Shown: positions 1 through 11,062, counted from the stretch's first letter. The stretch: DNA of 64,000 bases from an uncultured Desulfosarcina sp. (GCA_963674945.2 CAXXWQ010000004.1:544001-608000), one strand, 5' to 3'. Notes: generated by a model not told the origin, from the sequence alone. Numbers and translations are program-made.

Positions 1-82
1 AAAATTTTTAAAAAGCACAATAACAATTTGGAAAATTTGTTAAACAAAGATCTTTCTATATGGAACAATATTTAATTTTAAT

Positions 83-1498
83 ATGACAATGAGTATTTAT
101 CTTTTATTAATTGTTTTTTTTATAGTTTTAATTTGCGCATTCCTTCTATATCTTGAATCCGGAATACTTGTTTTTTTTATTTGCAGTACGTCATTTCAAT
201 ATCTTGAGCATATATCGCTTTTGAATTTAACGGCTTTAGATTATTTCGGAATTTTTTTTCCAATGATTTTTTTTATTGGGCTTTTTTTTAATAACAAAAA
301 TCTTTTTAATATCTTTCTTGATAATTATTTAATAAAGCATTACTTCATAATTATTATGATTTTTCTTTTTTGCGGTGTTCTATTCACTGGCATGGTATAC
401 CCTCTCAACACAAACACCTCACTAATTGAAAGATTAGGAGTATGGTTCAAACTTATAAATAATTTTAGCATTTTAATTTCCATTAATTTATTATTTATTG
501 ATAGTCAGAAAGTTAATACCTTGCTTAACTGTATGCTTCTATCACTTTTAGTTCCAGCATCTTTGTTTTCATATCAAATAATTACAGGAGAAACAATATT
601 TAACTATAGAACTGGATATAGCTTTGCTACTGCGTATTTTCATCATCCTGGAGTTATTGCCTATGCTTTAGTTTTCCACTTCCCTATTTCTTTATTAAAA
701 CTCTATAATTCAACATCAATTAGAGACAAAATATTCTGGGTAGTAATCATTATGATTTTTTTATGTCTTATATACTTTACATATCGCAGAGGTGCCTGGT
801 TAGCTCTATTGTTTCAGCTTTCAATATATTTTTTCTTTTTGCAAAAAAATAAGTTTAAGATTTCCTTTTTATATTTATCTTTATTTTTAATTTTTATTTT
901 TTCATTCACAACTATCTCATCAATATTTATTGATAGATTTTCAGATGTTACTATATTATTTGATAACTTTTGGATGTCCATTGAAACGCATACATATGAT
1001 GATCTATTTTCTGGGCGTTGGGGATTTTATCGCAGCAACTTCATATATCTTTTCAATCAACCAATTTTTAATATGTTATTCGGCAACGGAATTGGTGCGA
1101 CCTATTTTATTCCTGCAAAGTTAGGTGTTGCCGGAGGAGGGCATAATATCTATTTAATTTTATTGATTGATTACGGTATTATTGGTTTTTTGGCATACAT
1201 ATCTTTTTTATTTGCAATTTTTATCAAATTATTAGGCTCACTTCATTCACCAAATCCATTTATAAGTTCTTTTTCCAAAATGCTTATAACGTTGTTCATA
1301 AGTTATTTAATTATTGGAATGGTTACGCATGTCCTTTATAGCAATGCTCCTAATTGGCTTTTTTTTGGTTTGCTGGGCGCTTTTTTAGGAGTTGATAATT
1401 CTTCAAAAAACAAACTTGTAATGCATAAACAACAATATATTTTGAAAAATTATAACTTTAGAAAGAATAGTATAGAGTTAATCCCTAAAAGGGGATGA
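83..1498 (+). CDS. O-antigen ligase/polymerase (Wzy_C-like) membrane protein
   Basis: 471 aa polytopic protein; HPG..AY, TYRRGAWLA, SGRW, GNGIG and HNIYL..LIDYGIIG motifs; EPS context. Confidence 0.8.
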   Translation: MTMSIYLLLIVFFIVLICAFLLYLESGILVFFICSTSFQYLEHISLLNLTALDYFGIFFPMIFFIGLFFNNKNLFNIFLDNYLIKHYFIIIMIFLFCGVLFTGMVYPLNTNTSLIERLGVWFKLINNFSILISINLLFIDSQKVNTLLNCMLLSLLVPASLFSYQIITGETIFNYRTGYSFATAYFHHPGVIAYALVFHFPISLLKLYNSTSIRDKIFWVVIIMIFLCLIYFTYRRGAWLALLFQLSIYFFFLQKNKFKISFLYLSLFLIFIFSFTTISSIFIDRFSDVTILFDNFWMSIETHTYDDLFSGRWGFYRSNFIYLFNQPIFNMLFGNGIGATYFIPAKLGVAGGGHNIYLILLIDYGIIGFLAYISFLFAIFIKLLGSLHSPNPFISSFSKMLITLFISYLIIGMVTHVLYSNAPNWLFFGLLGAFLGVDNSSKNKLVMHKQQYILKNYNFRKNSIELIPKRG

Positions 1499-1699
1499 GT
1501 TTTTTGAATCTATATAGGATAAGTCAGATTCTCCTTCATTTTAGTCTGACTATTAGCTTAGCACATTGTCCTGCTTTTGGGGACTACCAAATATCTTCTG
1601 CTGAAGATTTAACTTAACCTCGGAGCCCTTTTTCCTTTTACCTTAATCCACAACGATTAATAATATATACCGAAAGAATGATTAGTTTAAATATTTTAA

Positions 1700-2747
1700 C
1701 TGGGGTATGCACTTGACTCCAGTGGCCACAACATATAGTGTACCAGTCTATGGAGGAAGATTACCCCAGAACGTTGATAGAATTTGAAAAACGATTTAGC
1801 TCTGAAGCTGGATGCACTGACTATTTGATGGCTCTTAGATGGCCCGAAGGCTTCCGTTGCCCTCATTGCGGTTCTGCATCCTCGTGGAGAACTAAACGAT
1901 CCCAGTTTCATTGTACTGATTGTGGAAATCAATCTACGATAACTTCCGGTACAATTTTTCACGGCACCAGAAAGCCCTTGTCTCTTTGGTTTCGGGCTAT
2001 GTGGCACATTACAGGTCAGAAGTACGGAGCTAATGCACTTGGGCTTCAGAGAGTACTTAACCTTGGGAGTTATAATACCGCCTGGCAATGGCTCCATAAA
2101 CTTCGAAGAGCAATGGTTCGTCCAGGACGTGACCGATTGTCCGGGATTGTTGAAGTTGATGAAACCTATGTCGGTGGGAAAAAGTCTGGAAAACGCGGTC
2201 GGGGTGCTGAAGGTAAAGCTTTGGTCGGTATTGCCGTGGAGGATAAAGGCCGAAAAGGAATTGGGCGAATTAGACTCTGGCACCTCGAAGACGCATCGGG
2301 AGATAGTCTGACTCAATTTGTACAAGAAATCGCCCAGCCAGGCAGCACCATCAGGACGGATGATTGGCCCGGCTATAGCAGCCTTGGCGATAAAGGATTT
2401 AAGCATATTGCGATTCCATCGCATGACTTGAAGATTGTACATTTGGTAGCGTCGCTCATGAAACGATGGTTACTTGGTACTTATCAAGGGGCGGTCAGAC
2501 CGTCTCATTTGATGTACTATTTGGATGAATTCACATTCAGGTTCAACCGTAGAACATCAGTGTCTCGCGGAAAACTATTTTACAGGCTGGTCCAACAGGC
2601 CGTGATGGTGGACCCTGCCCCAGCTAGTACTCTTAAAGGTGCATCGTTACCGTTTTTGGAAGGGGCAGCAAATTTAAATCTCGATCCAATTGACGATGAC
2701 CTGGGCCACAACATATAGTATGTGCTGGATTTAAGTGCATACCCCAG
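1700..2747 (+). mobile_element. Complete IS1595-family insertion sequence (1048 bp)
   Basis: 23-bp terminal inverted repeats 1700-1722 and 2725-2747 (21/23 match); 8-bp target duplication TATTTTAA at 1692-1699 and 2748-2755; GC higher than flanks. Confidence 0.95.
1738..2718 (+). CDS. IS1595-family transposase (Zn ribbon + ISXO2-like DDE domain); ATG at 1750 is an alternative start
   Basis: CPHC..CTDC ribbon, VEVDETYVGG, IRTDDWPGY, YLDEFTFRFNRR. Confidence 0.93.
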   Translation: MYQSMEEDYPRTLIEFEKRFSSEAGCTDYLMALRWPEGFRCPHCGSASSWRTKRSQFHCTDCGNQSTITSGTIFHGTRKPLSLWFRAMWHITGQKYGANALGLQRVLNLGSYNTAWQWLHKLRRAMVRPGRDRLSGIVEVDETYVGGKKSGKRGRGAEGKALVGIAVEDKGRKGIGRIRLWHLEDASGDSLTQFVQEIAQPGSTIRTDDWPGYSSLGDKGFKHIAIPSHDLKIVHLVASLMKRWLLGTYQGAVRPSHLMYYLDEFTFRFNRRTSVSRGKLFYRLVQQAVMVDPAPASTLKGASLPFLEGAANLNLDPIDDDLGHNI

Positions 2748-2852
2748 TATTTTAATTCGTTAAAAAATTTTGGGTAACGACCATATTCACCATTGGAATA
2801 ACAAAAATCCAATGGCATATACGAAGTCTTGAAATATACAAAACATTAGCTG

Positions 2853-4190
2853 ATGAATAAAAATTTAAATATTATTTATTCGGGTTCAATTGTCTTTTTT
2901 GTAGGCAAAACATTTAATGTTATTGCACAATATTTACTTATTATATTATTAGGAAGAAATCTTGGTGCAAATAATGTCGGTCTATTTTTTCTAGGTTTTT
3001 CTATAATATCATTTACCAATGTAATTGGAACGTTAGGATATTCTGAAAGTATTTTAAAATTTATCCCAGAATATTTAGCAAAAAATGAACTCTACAATGT
3101 TCCTAAAATAATAAATTTTATATCTTTATCTTCAATATTTGTTTTAATCATTTGTGCATTATTTCTTTACTATTTTTCTGATTTTCTTGGTAACAATTTG
3201 TTTAATGATGCCAATTTTAGCTCTGTAATTCAATCCTTTTCTTTATGTTTACCTTTTTACGGTATTTTATCAATTTTTTCGTCAATTTTACGAGCTTTTA
3301 AGGACATACTGAGATTTTCTTTAATAAAAAACATATTCCAGCCTTGGTCATTTATTGTTTTTTCATTTATTGTTTTTTATTTCTCAAATAATATTAATTA
3401 TATAATATTCTCATATTTTTTAAGTATCCTTCTTTCACTATCTATAAATATTTTTTTCTTACGAATTCATCTCCCCACAAAGTCTTCTCCCCTTAAATTT
3501 AATTTTTCTCGCAAAAAAATATTTTGCTATTCAATTCCATTTATGGGTTCAGGAATATTGGGATTTTTTCTTGTATGGATGGATACATTTATGCTCGGTA
3601 TTTTTAGAAGTTCAAGTGAAGTTGGAATTTATAGTTGTGCTGCACGAATCGCACTTTTTTCTAATATAATTTTAGTCTCTGTTAACTCGATATTTGGCCC
3701 AATTATTTCAGATTTCTATACGAAAAAGGACTTTTGTGGATTGGAATATGCTTATAAAACAACAGTAAGATGGATAGTTCATATTAGCTTGCCTTTTTTT
3801 TTCATTATATTCATTTTCCCTAATATAATTATGGAAACTTTTGGTGAACAATTTATTAAAGGTGCTTCCGCATTAACTATTTTATGCGTTGGACAATTTA
3901 TAAATATATCTGTTGGATCTGCAGGTTATATATTAAATATGACTGGAAAGCCTAGAATTGAACTCATAAACCAAATTCTATCTTTGATAATTAATTTTTC
4001 TTTAAACTTTATTCTCATTCCAAAAATGGGAATCAATGGAGCCGCAATTGCGACATCTACTTCGATATCAATTGTCAATATTTTTCGTTTATTGGAGAAC
4101 TATTATTTTCTTAATATTCACCCATACTCTATAGAATTAATTTTCCCAAAAAAAATTTTGACATGTCACAAGATTAGAAAGCTATCCTAA
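2853..4190 (+). CDS. Polysaccharide flippase (Wzx/MATE-like)
   Basis: Multi-TM; DTFMLG, VGIYS.A.RIA, LNFILIPKMGINGAAIAT motifs. Confidence 0.88.
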   Translation: MNKNLNIIYSGSIVFFVGKTFNVIAQYLLIILLGRNLGANNVGLFFLGFSIISFTNVIGTLGYSESILKFIPEYLAKNELYNVPKIINFISLSSIFVLIICALFLYYFSDFLGNNLFNDANFSSVIQSFSLCLPFYGILSIFSSILRAFKDILRFSLIKNIFQPWSFIVFSFIVFYFSNNINYIIFSYFLSILLSLSINIFFLRIHLPTKSSPLKFNFSRKKIFCYSIPFMGSGILGFFLVWMDTFMLGIFRSSSEVGIYSCAARIALFSNIILVSVNSIFGPIISDFYTKKDFCGLEYAYKTTVRWIVHISLPFFFIIFIFPNIIMETFGEQFIKGASALTILCVGQFINISVGSAGYILNMTGKPRIELINQILSLIINFSLNFILIPKMGINGAAIATSTSISIVNIFRLLENYYFLNIHPYSIELIFPKKILTCHKIRKLS

Positions 4191-4635
4191 TTTTTAGTTT
4201 TTGGCACTTAAAATCTAAAAAAAATTGGGTAACACTCCCAAGTATAAGAATCAATTACAACGAAAGTTGTTTCCCATTAAAAAGAATAAAGCAAAACCAG
4301 AGCTAATAGACGCTCCCGGACCCGGCCACAACCGTTGAAGATTCGACTAAGCTTTATTTTGCCAAAGATCAGTGGCCAGAATCAGCTTGGCCGCGTAACG
4401 GGTTTTTCAGGATCGACTCAAGTAAACTTATTTTAGGTATGATATTATGAAACCCTCCATTTAAAATTTGATTTCATTATATCATACCTAAAACAGGATG
4501 AGAATATTTTATAGCCATATATTTTTATAACTGTATTCCTTATCCCTCCGGATCAGATCAGGTTCATGTATACCCCATAATTGCCTTCAGGCATACTTTA
4601 TTAAAAAGTATAGTTTTGTTTATCGACCCTAATAA

Positions 4636-5733
4636 ATGAAAAAAGTCAAAGTCTTAATTTTTCGGCCTCATCCTTCAGAATCTGGTGGTGTAGGATATTA
4701 CAACTCTTTAGTTGAAAAGTATTTCATTTCAGATAGAGTTATTCTGAATTATTACTATACCGGCAAAAAATTTGGCAAATGTTCCTACTCATCAAGATTT
4801 ATAAAATTCTGCTTTGATTTAAAAAATATTTTATTTATTTTGCCAAACTATCATTTAATTATTCTCAACCCTTCTCTTGACCCTAAAGGAATTATTCGAG
4901 ATGGAATATTTCATTTTATCATAAAATATTTTTATAATAAGTCTACTTTAGTTTTTTTTCATGGATGGAAATTAGAAACTGAAAATCTAATTGATCGGCA
5001 TTTTAAAAAGCTATTTAAATTTATTTTTAATTTTGACAAAGCATGTGTGTTAGGAATAAATATTAAAACAAAACTTGTTCAATGGGGTTTTAAGCCAAAA
5101 ACTATAATTATTGAAACCACTGCATTTGAAAGTTATAAACGTACATCACAAAAGGATCCTTATAAAATAATATTTATTTCTAGGCTTGTTAAAAAAAAAG
5201 GATGTCTTGAAGCACTAAAAACAATAGAGATAGTTCGCAACGAAATACAAAACATTAAATTATTCATGGTTGGTAATGGAGAAATGGAAGAATTATTAAA
5301 ACAATATGTTAGAGATAGAGACCTAAAAAATAATGTTACATTTAAAGGATATTTACAAGGTAAAGATAAATATGAGTTATTAGATAGCTGTGGCATAATG
5401 CTTTTCCCTACATATACTGAGGGAATGCCTATTTCTCTTTTGGAAGGCATGGGGATGGGGGTCGTAGTTATTACAAGACCAGTTGGTGGAATACCAGACA
5501 TTTTCGAGGATGGAAAGAATGGATTTTTAATTAAATCTCTTGATCCACACGATTTTGCCGATAAATTATTTTTTTTAATAAAAAATCCTGCAGATATGCA
5601 AAATATGTCCATAAATAATTCAAATGAGGCCATGAAAAAATTTGAAATAAAAAAAGTTGTTACTAGATTAGAAAAGATTTACTACGAAACGGCGCTTAAT
5701 GGTTCAAATAGAAAGGGATGCATTCCCAGTTAA
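4636..5733 (+). CDS. Glycosyltransferase family 4 (GT-B)
   Basis: FISRLVKKKG, EGMPISLLEGM (EX7E), TRPVGGIPD, GKNGFL. Confidence 0.92.
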   Translation: MKKVKVLIFRPHPSESGGVGYYNSLVEKYFISDRVILNYYYTGKKFGKCSYSSRFIKFCFDLKNILFILPNYHLIILNPSLDPKGIIRDGIFHFIIKYFYNKSTLVFFHGWKLETENLIDRHFKKLFKFIFNFDKACVLGINIKTKLVQWGFKPKTIIIETTAFESYKRTSQKDPYKIIFISRLVKKKGCLEALKTIEIVRNEIQNIKLFMVGNGEMEELLKQYVRDRDLKNNVTFKGYLQGKDKYELLDSCGIMLFPTYTEGMPISLLEGMGMGVVVITRPVGGIPDIFEDGKNGFLIKSLDPHDFADKLFFLIKNPADMQNMSINNSNEAMKKFEIKKVVTRLEKIYYETALNGSNRKGCIPS

Positions 5734-5859
5734 TGATTTTTATTGATCTTTGATAATATACTTTCATGGCCCGCCCCCTGTAGGGAGGAGCCATTGGCTA
5801 CTTCCCCCTTTAGAGGAGATTTTACAAGACCGTACCTTCTGGGTGTGAATAATTACTAT

Positions 5860-7467
5860 TTACCTTCTAACAATTGATAAATTCTCTGGTGCCAATATTA
5901 CAATAGAGTTTGATATGCTACTTTCAAAAGGTCCAATATCAGGCGCCAATCCATTGAATTTTAAACTAACCCCTTGGTTATTTGACCAAGTTAAAGATCT
6001 ATCAATTGATATAATATTATTGGTATAATCAACACTTATTATCCTTGCAGACTCACTCTGATTCTCAAACTGAATTATATCTCCTTCTATTATACCCCAT
6101 CCATCTATAAAGTAATGAGCATCATTAACCTGAATTTCTCTACCACTCCCAGAACTAATTGTTCTCGTTAAAAAAGTACCAGAATCTATGCACGGACTTT
6201 TAACTTGCAGATTAAGCAAATTGAAATTTGGATAATCATGTTTATTTGGATTTAATAAGCTTGTGTTAGCATCGATAAATTTCGGGTCACCATCGGCTGT
6301 TTGCCAATTGTTTAAAAAAGTATTATCCGAAAGATTTATTGGGCCTGTGAAGCCGACAATTCCTCCAACATTTTCATGAAAAATGTTATTTTTCACAACT
6401 GTTCCTTTTATTCCTCCATTCCAACCACAAAGAGTAATTGCATTTGTATTTCGTCCAGACTGGCCTAAACCAAGATGATAAAAAACATTGTGAAATATAT
6501 AATTGTTGTCTGCAACTCCTGTAGGGAAGGCTTGAAGGGTGTTTATTTGAATTGCAGGGCCGTATAAGTTGTAGAACATGTTCCCACGCCATATGTTATT
6601 AGATGATTCTACCTGAAGAGCCGGGGCATAATTGCCATCAATCGGATCCCCTGTGAAACAAAAGCGATTTCCTTCAAACAAATTCCATCCTCCTTCTCCA
6701 ACCTCTTGAGATGTACCTGCTGAAACTTCGCCAATTCGATTTCCGTAGGTTGGATTATTTTCTGGATACCATTCTTCGTGATGAAAATAATTGTTCCGTA
6801 TCACGTTGTAGCTATCTGTAACTCTAATAACATTGTGGCCGCCATAATACATATGATTATTTTCTATAAGATTATAGTTAGTTCCCCATGGACTTTTCGT
6901 ACTCCCAATAAAAATCATATCAGCATAATCTTCACCATCAGATTGCCAACCAAATCGTGAAATAGTACAATGATGGATCCAATTATATTTTGAATTTGTT
7001 GAGATCCAAAATGCTCTCCATGTTTTAACATTTCGAGGGTCATCAAAAATACAGTATTCTATGTAATTGTGGTTTCCATTTTCAATAAGTAAATAGGTAT
7101 CCGTATCATTAAAAGTAAGCCCATTGATGGTAATATACGATCTATTGCTTAACTGCAGTGGATTACTAACATTGATAATTCTTACTACTTCGTTATTATA
7201 ATTTTGGTAAACAATCCTATTATCCGCACTTCCACTGTTGCTGGGATAAATTTGTTGACCACTATAATCTCCACTTCTAATATAAACTGTATCACCAGCC
7301 ATTAAAGAATTATTTGCTTTAGACAATGTTTTCCAGGGGTTTGACAGTGTACCAGGATTAGAGTCATTTCCATTAGCGCCATCAACATAGAATTCAGCGG
7401 CCTGTAAAACTGAGCACATGGTCATAAAGAATAAAAGTGACAACAGTGTATTACGAATTTTTAACAT
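5860..7467 (-). CDS. Secreted right-handed parallel beta-helix protein (pectin-lyase-like fold)
   Basis: Signal peptide, YVDGANGNDSNPGT..PWKT, GDTVYIRSG, Asn-rich coil repeats, SPCIDSG and APDIGPFE; ATG 7467 chosen over 7518. Confidence 0.82.
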   Translation of the reverse strand: MLKIRNTLLSLLFFMTMCSVLQAAEFYVDGANGNDSNPGTLSNPWKTLSKANNSLMAGDTVYIRSGDYSGQQIYPSNSGSADNRIVYQNYNNEVVRIINVSNPLQLSNRSYITINGLTFNDTDTYLLIENGNHNYIEYCIFDDPRNVKTWRAFWISTNSKYNWIHHCTISRFGWQSDGEDYADMIFIGSTKSPWGTNYNLIENNHMYYGGHNVIRVTDSYNVIRNNYFHHEEWYPENNPTYGNRIGEVSAGTSQEVGEGGWNLFEGNRFCFTGDPIDGNYAPALQVESSNNIWRGNMFYNLYGPAIQINTLQAFPTGVADNNYIFHNVFYHLGLGQSGRNTNAITLCGWNGGIKGTVVKNNIFHENVGGIVGFTGPINLSDNTFLNNWQTADGDPKFIDANTSLLNPNKHDYPNFNLLNLQVKSPCIDSGTFLTRTISSGSGREIQVNDAHYFIDGWGIIEGDIIQFENQSESARIISVDYTNNIISIDRSLTWSNNQGVSLKFNGLAPDIGPFESSISNSIVILAPENLSIVRR

Positions 7468-7611
7468 GCCTTTTACCTCAATTGAATAGTAGTATATATT
7501 ATTTCTTATATTTTTCATTTTGCAATACTTCTTTACAATAATTTACATCTATATGTTTTAATTGCGCTCCCACTCTAATACAATTATCCTATGTACCATA
7601 GAATAACAGAA

Positions 7612-8765
7612 TTAATTTTCCAGGAGATAAACCATATCATCAGTAACAATAAATCTGTCAATCTTGGTACCATCTTCCCGTTGTTGAATTTTAAACGTAT
7701 GAGTGCCGACTTCTAAATGGTAGACGGCCGGATTGGAGGCATCCCGCACATCGTCATAATCGCGTATGCTGACCATGTCCCATGTCCAGTTATCTGTTCC
7801 GCTCATTTTCGTGTGCCACGTCAGGCTCTCCCCGTCATCCATCGAGACAAAGAAGGAATCACTGGCAGCGTCATTGGCGATAACTCGTCCCCATATAATA
7901 TAGTCTCCTGCTGTAGAGACATCAAAAGTGTATTCGGCATAGCCAGCCTGCGAAGAAAAAGGATCGTCGTTTGTACCATTTCCATCCGGTACCACGATAC
8001 AGGTGCCACTGGATGCATTTGCATCTTCAGCAAACTCCATGGGAGTAACAATATCTCCTTCCTCAGCTTCCATCCAGATTTTTACATATTCGGTTTGTGA
8101 ATTCGAGTTCAAGGGATCCGCTCCTTCACTTACTTCTTGGCCGTCTGAAATCCCGTTACCATCGCCATCGGTATTGTAATGCTCAGTAGCGTAAATGTCT
8201 TTTTCTTCAGCATATTTCAGGCCATCATCATCGCTACCTACTGGTGCAACCCGTAGGATGGTGACCTGACAGGCATCTGAATTCATCATCCCGCCATCGT
8301 CTTTTATGACAAGTTGAAAGCTCAAGACAGTACTTTCGCTGTGAAGGTAGTTTTACTTCTTACGGGACTACTACAAAGGACCGATAATCCTGACGTTTGT
8401 GTCCATTGATAACTATAGATAGTCTCTTCGGGATCAATTGACTCTGAACCATCAAGTATACAGGTTTTTGTGGTCCCTGACCAAGCAGGTTTTTCAAAAT
8501 CGTAGGTTTCACCTTGGATGCGCATGTAAACGTGGTAGCCATCGGTGGAAGTGTTTTGATCATCATCCCAAGCAAGCGTAACCTGATTTGCGTTAAGATA
8601 ATTTGTGCAACATAAGATGAAACAAACAACACTGCAAAAAAAGATTAATCGCCAGTTAGGACACAAATGTCCACATTTCATTTTTTCGTTATGCCCTCTC
8701 AAATTCAGTTGTGATTCAGTTTTTACAATCCAATTGGAGATGAAACTTGAACAAGATCTGATCAA
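7612..8765 (-). pseudogene. Split, internally deleted secreted protein (Fn3 start, PKD-like domain, Asp-rich repeat, carbohydrate-binding-like C-terminus)
   Basis: 8322-8765 has VTLAWD then jumps to LDGSES..YQWTQTSG; the PKD-like domain continues (LSFQLVIKDDGG) in another frame at 8325. Confidence 0.65.
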
Positions 8766-8852
8766 TTTTATTTTTAACTATGATTTGTCCTTGTTACTTC
8801 CATATTGGGGTAAATTTTTCATAAAAAGACGTCTTTTTTCAAGTTTATGTTG

Positions 8853-8867
8853 GCAATTATAATGCCA
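8853..8867 (-). promoter_or_regulatory. sigma54 -24/-12 promoter
   Basis: Minus strand TGGCAT-TATAA-TTGC upstream of the 8765 ORF. Confidence 0.6.
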
Positions 8868-9117
8868 AAATCAGATCAGAAGAACATCTGGTCGCATAGA
8901 ACAACTAGCAGATTCCGTTTATTATCCTTGATTCACAACAGATATTGTAATTCTTCCTAAGAAAGCCAAAACGGAAGTTAAGTCCCTATTGTTGAAAAAA
9001 TGTTTTAATTTGAAGACAAGAACCACCCGCAATGTATTTTTTTTCCCTCTTCGGTTGCAAATATTTCCCCTTTGGTGTGCAAAAATTTCTTATTATTTTA
9101 GAAACTTATAAATTTTT

Positions 9118-9975
9118 TTGGCATTGATTTCGTCAGTATGGATGGACGAAAAAGAACTCCAACATCTTGTTAAAACAGAAAAATCCGCAATGGCATTCCT
9201 CCGCCGGTTGTGTTGGGATAATTATCGCCGATACTGCCCACGGTGCCATTCCTACCGCTATTATCGAACTGCTGATAGAAGAACAATGCGCTGCAAACGC
9301 TGCAAATATAAATTTCATGATTTTTCAGGACGCTGGATCAATAAATGCAAAATCGGATTTCGCCAGTGGTTGCTTGTGGTCGATCTCTTCGGGCAAGACC
9401 TTCCCGCCCGTCAGATTTCATTGAAAACGGGTATCAGCTATCCTACCATCTTAAAGGCTATAGAAACATTGAGGATGGCCATAATCACCAACTCGGCAGA
9501 TTCTTCGAAATGGCTTGATTATATCTATTTCCAATCGGAGGTACTTGAACAGGCCCAATCACTGCCGAAACAAGTGGATGCTTTCGGCATCGTCAAGATA
9601 AACAGAGAAATTAAAATTCATATCTTGAAGGGGTTGACACTTGAAAGCCTGGCCAAACATCATCCTAAGATACTTGGAAAAAGTTCGATCTTCTATACGA
9701 ATGAATTCTATCCCTATGAGACAATTTTATTTCATGACATGAAAAATGATGGGATAATTCCTGAAAAAAAGGATCCTGAAGATGTTGATCAGGCAAGGAA
9801 GGAATCTGAATTCTGGCGTTTTGCGAAAAGCAAAATAATCAAACACCGTGGCATCTCGAAACAAAAACTTCCGCAGTATTTAAAAGAGATCGAGTTTCGC
9901 TTCAACTGCATGGGAAATGACATCTTTGAGCCATTGTGCCGCTATCTGGTAAGTTTCATCCCCGACCATTGTTGA
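9118..9975 (+). CDS. IS1595 transposase-like protein with degenerate catalytic residues
   Basis: CPRC..CKRC ribbon, FHDFSGRW, HTH region, YLKEIEFRFN; no DE motif, YTD reads YTN; no TIR/TSD seen; ATG 9142 alternative start. Confidence 0.75.
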   Translation: MALISSVWMDEKELQHLVKTEKSAMAFLRRLCWDNYRRYCPRCHSYRYYRTADRRTMRCKRCKYKFHDFSGRWINKCKIGFRQWLLVVDLFGQDLPARQISLKTGISYPTILKAIETLRMAIITNSADSSKWLDYIYFQSEVLEQAQSLPKQVDAFGIVKINREIKIHILKGLTLESLAKHHPKILGKSSIFYTNEFYPYETILFHDMKNDGIIPEKKDPEDVDQARKESEFWRFAKSKIIKHRGISKQKLPQYLKEIEFRFNCMGNDIFEPLCRYLVSFIPDHC

Positions 9976-10324
9976 TATATGGGCTATCCGCCATCATATC
10001 GATAAAAGCCTACCGTTATAGCTTTCCCGCAATTTCTTTTTGACTTTGAAGGTTTTTGTACATCTCATTGATCCATGAGCTTCGCGATTGTCTCGCTTAC
10101 CGCAGATACAATGAAGATGGCTTTCGCTATAGTCACCTATGCCGGAAGGCATCTGACGCCGTTCGAAGATCCAGTTGCCGGGAAGATGCATTTAAAATGG
10201 TAATCCCAGTGGGTTTCACATGATTGAGGAAAGAATTGAGCCATCGTTTCAGAATAATGGGATTTTTCTTCTTTCAAAAAATTGAAACGCTCAGTATAGG
10301 TGTTAACCACTCATTGTTATAACA

Positions 10325-10699
10325 TTGACAAAAAAACAAGACAGAAGAGTATTTCCTGAGCGAAGGCAGTACTCATACAGCTACCACATACCTGAGCGAA
10401 GAACGCTAAGAGGTCAGCAACAGACAAGTGCCCCTTCTTCCATAAAATCATCCTCGAGAAACATATCCAGGACATCGGAAACAATTCAAATTCGAATCAT
10501 ATCATCCAGGTGCATCCAGTTACAGAAACCGCGTCACCTGCCCGTCAGGCATACCAGAAAAAGATCAAGAACATACGCCACTATAATTCTCGCTGAAGAC
10601 AAGCGTCACTTACTGGAAAAACTTGAAACCGCAATTGATAAAAAAGGTGCGCACAAGCTGACAAAGGAAGAACTGATCCAGTTTCTTGACGATTGGTAA
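10325..10699 (+). CDS. Hypothetical protein with DRR...ERRQYSY..HIPERR motif
   Basis: ORF followed by a clear terminator; TTG start uncertain. Confidence 0.45.
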   Translation: MTKKQDRRVFPERRQYSYSYHIPERRTLRGQQQTSAPSSIKSSSRNISRTSETIQIRIISSRCIQLQKPRHLPVRHTRKRSRTYATIILAEDKRHLLEKLETAIDKKGAHKLTKEELIQFLDDW

Positions 10700-10760
10700 A
10701 ATTATTTAAAAAACCGAATCGTTGCGATCAATATAGAAGTTTCCTTTTTATTTTTGCAAT

Positions 10761-10784
10761 AAGCCTCCGCCAGGAGGCTTTTTT
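10761..10784 (+). terminator. Intrinsic terminator
   Basis: AAGCCTCC-gcca-GGAGGCTT followed by T run. Confidence 0.75.
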
Positions 10785-11062
10785 GTTTGCCGGTTGACGC
10801 TAATTTCATAAACAGACGTTTTGAATCTATGGAGTCCCATGGACGGGCACTGAGGGTCCGAAACCTGCAACTTTGAAGGATTATCAGGGATCGTCATCCA
10901 TTCTCTCTGACGGAACTTGAAAAATTATCCGGCCGAAATAAATCAAACCTTTCGAGGACGTGAAAAACGCTTTCGAACTATGGCATAGTGGATCTTGTGC
11001 GAGAAAAAGGGACAAAAAGTGGTCCCGACGTCCGATGGCTGGCAAAATATGACAAAGGGGAC

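Noticed and set aside
1696..2442. 248-aa antisense ORF inside IS1595
   Set aside because: Shadow of the transposase; no recognisable domain
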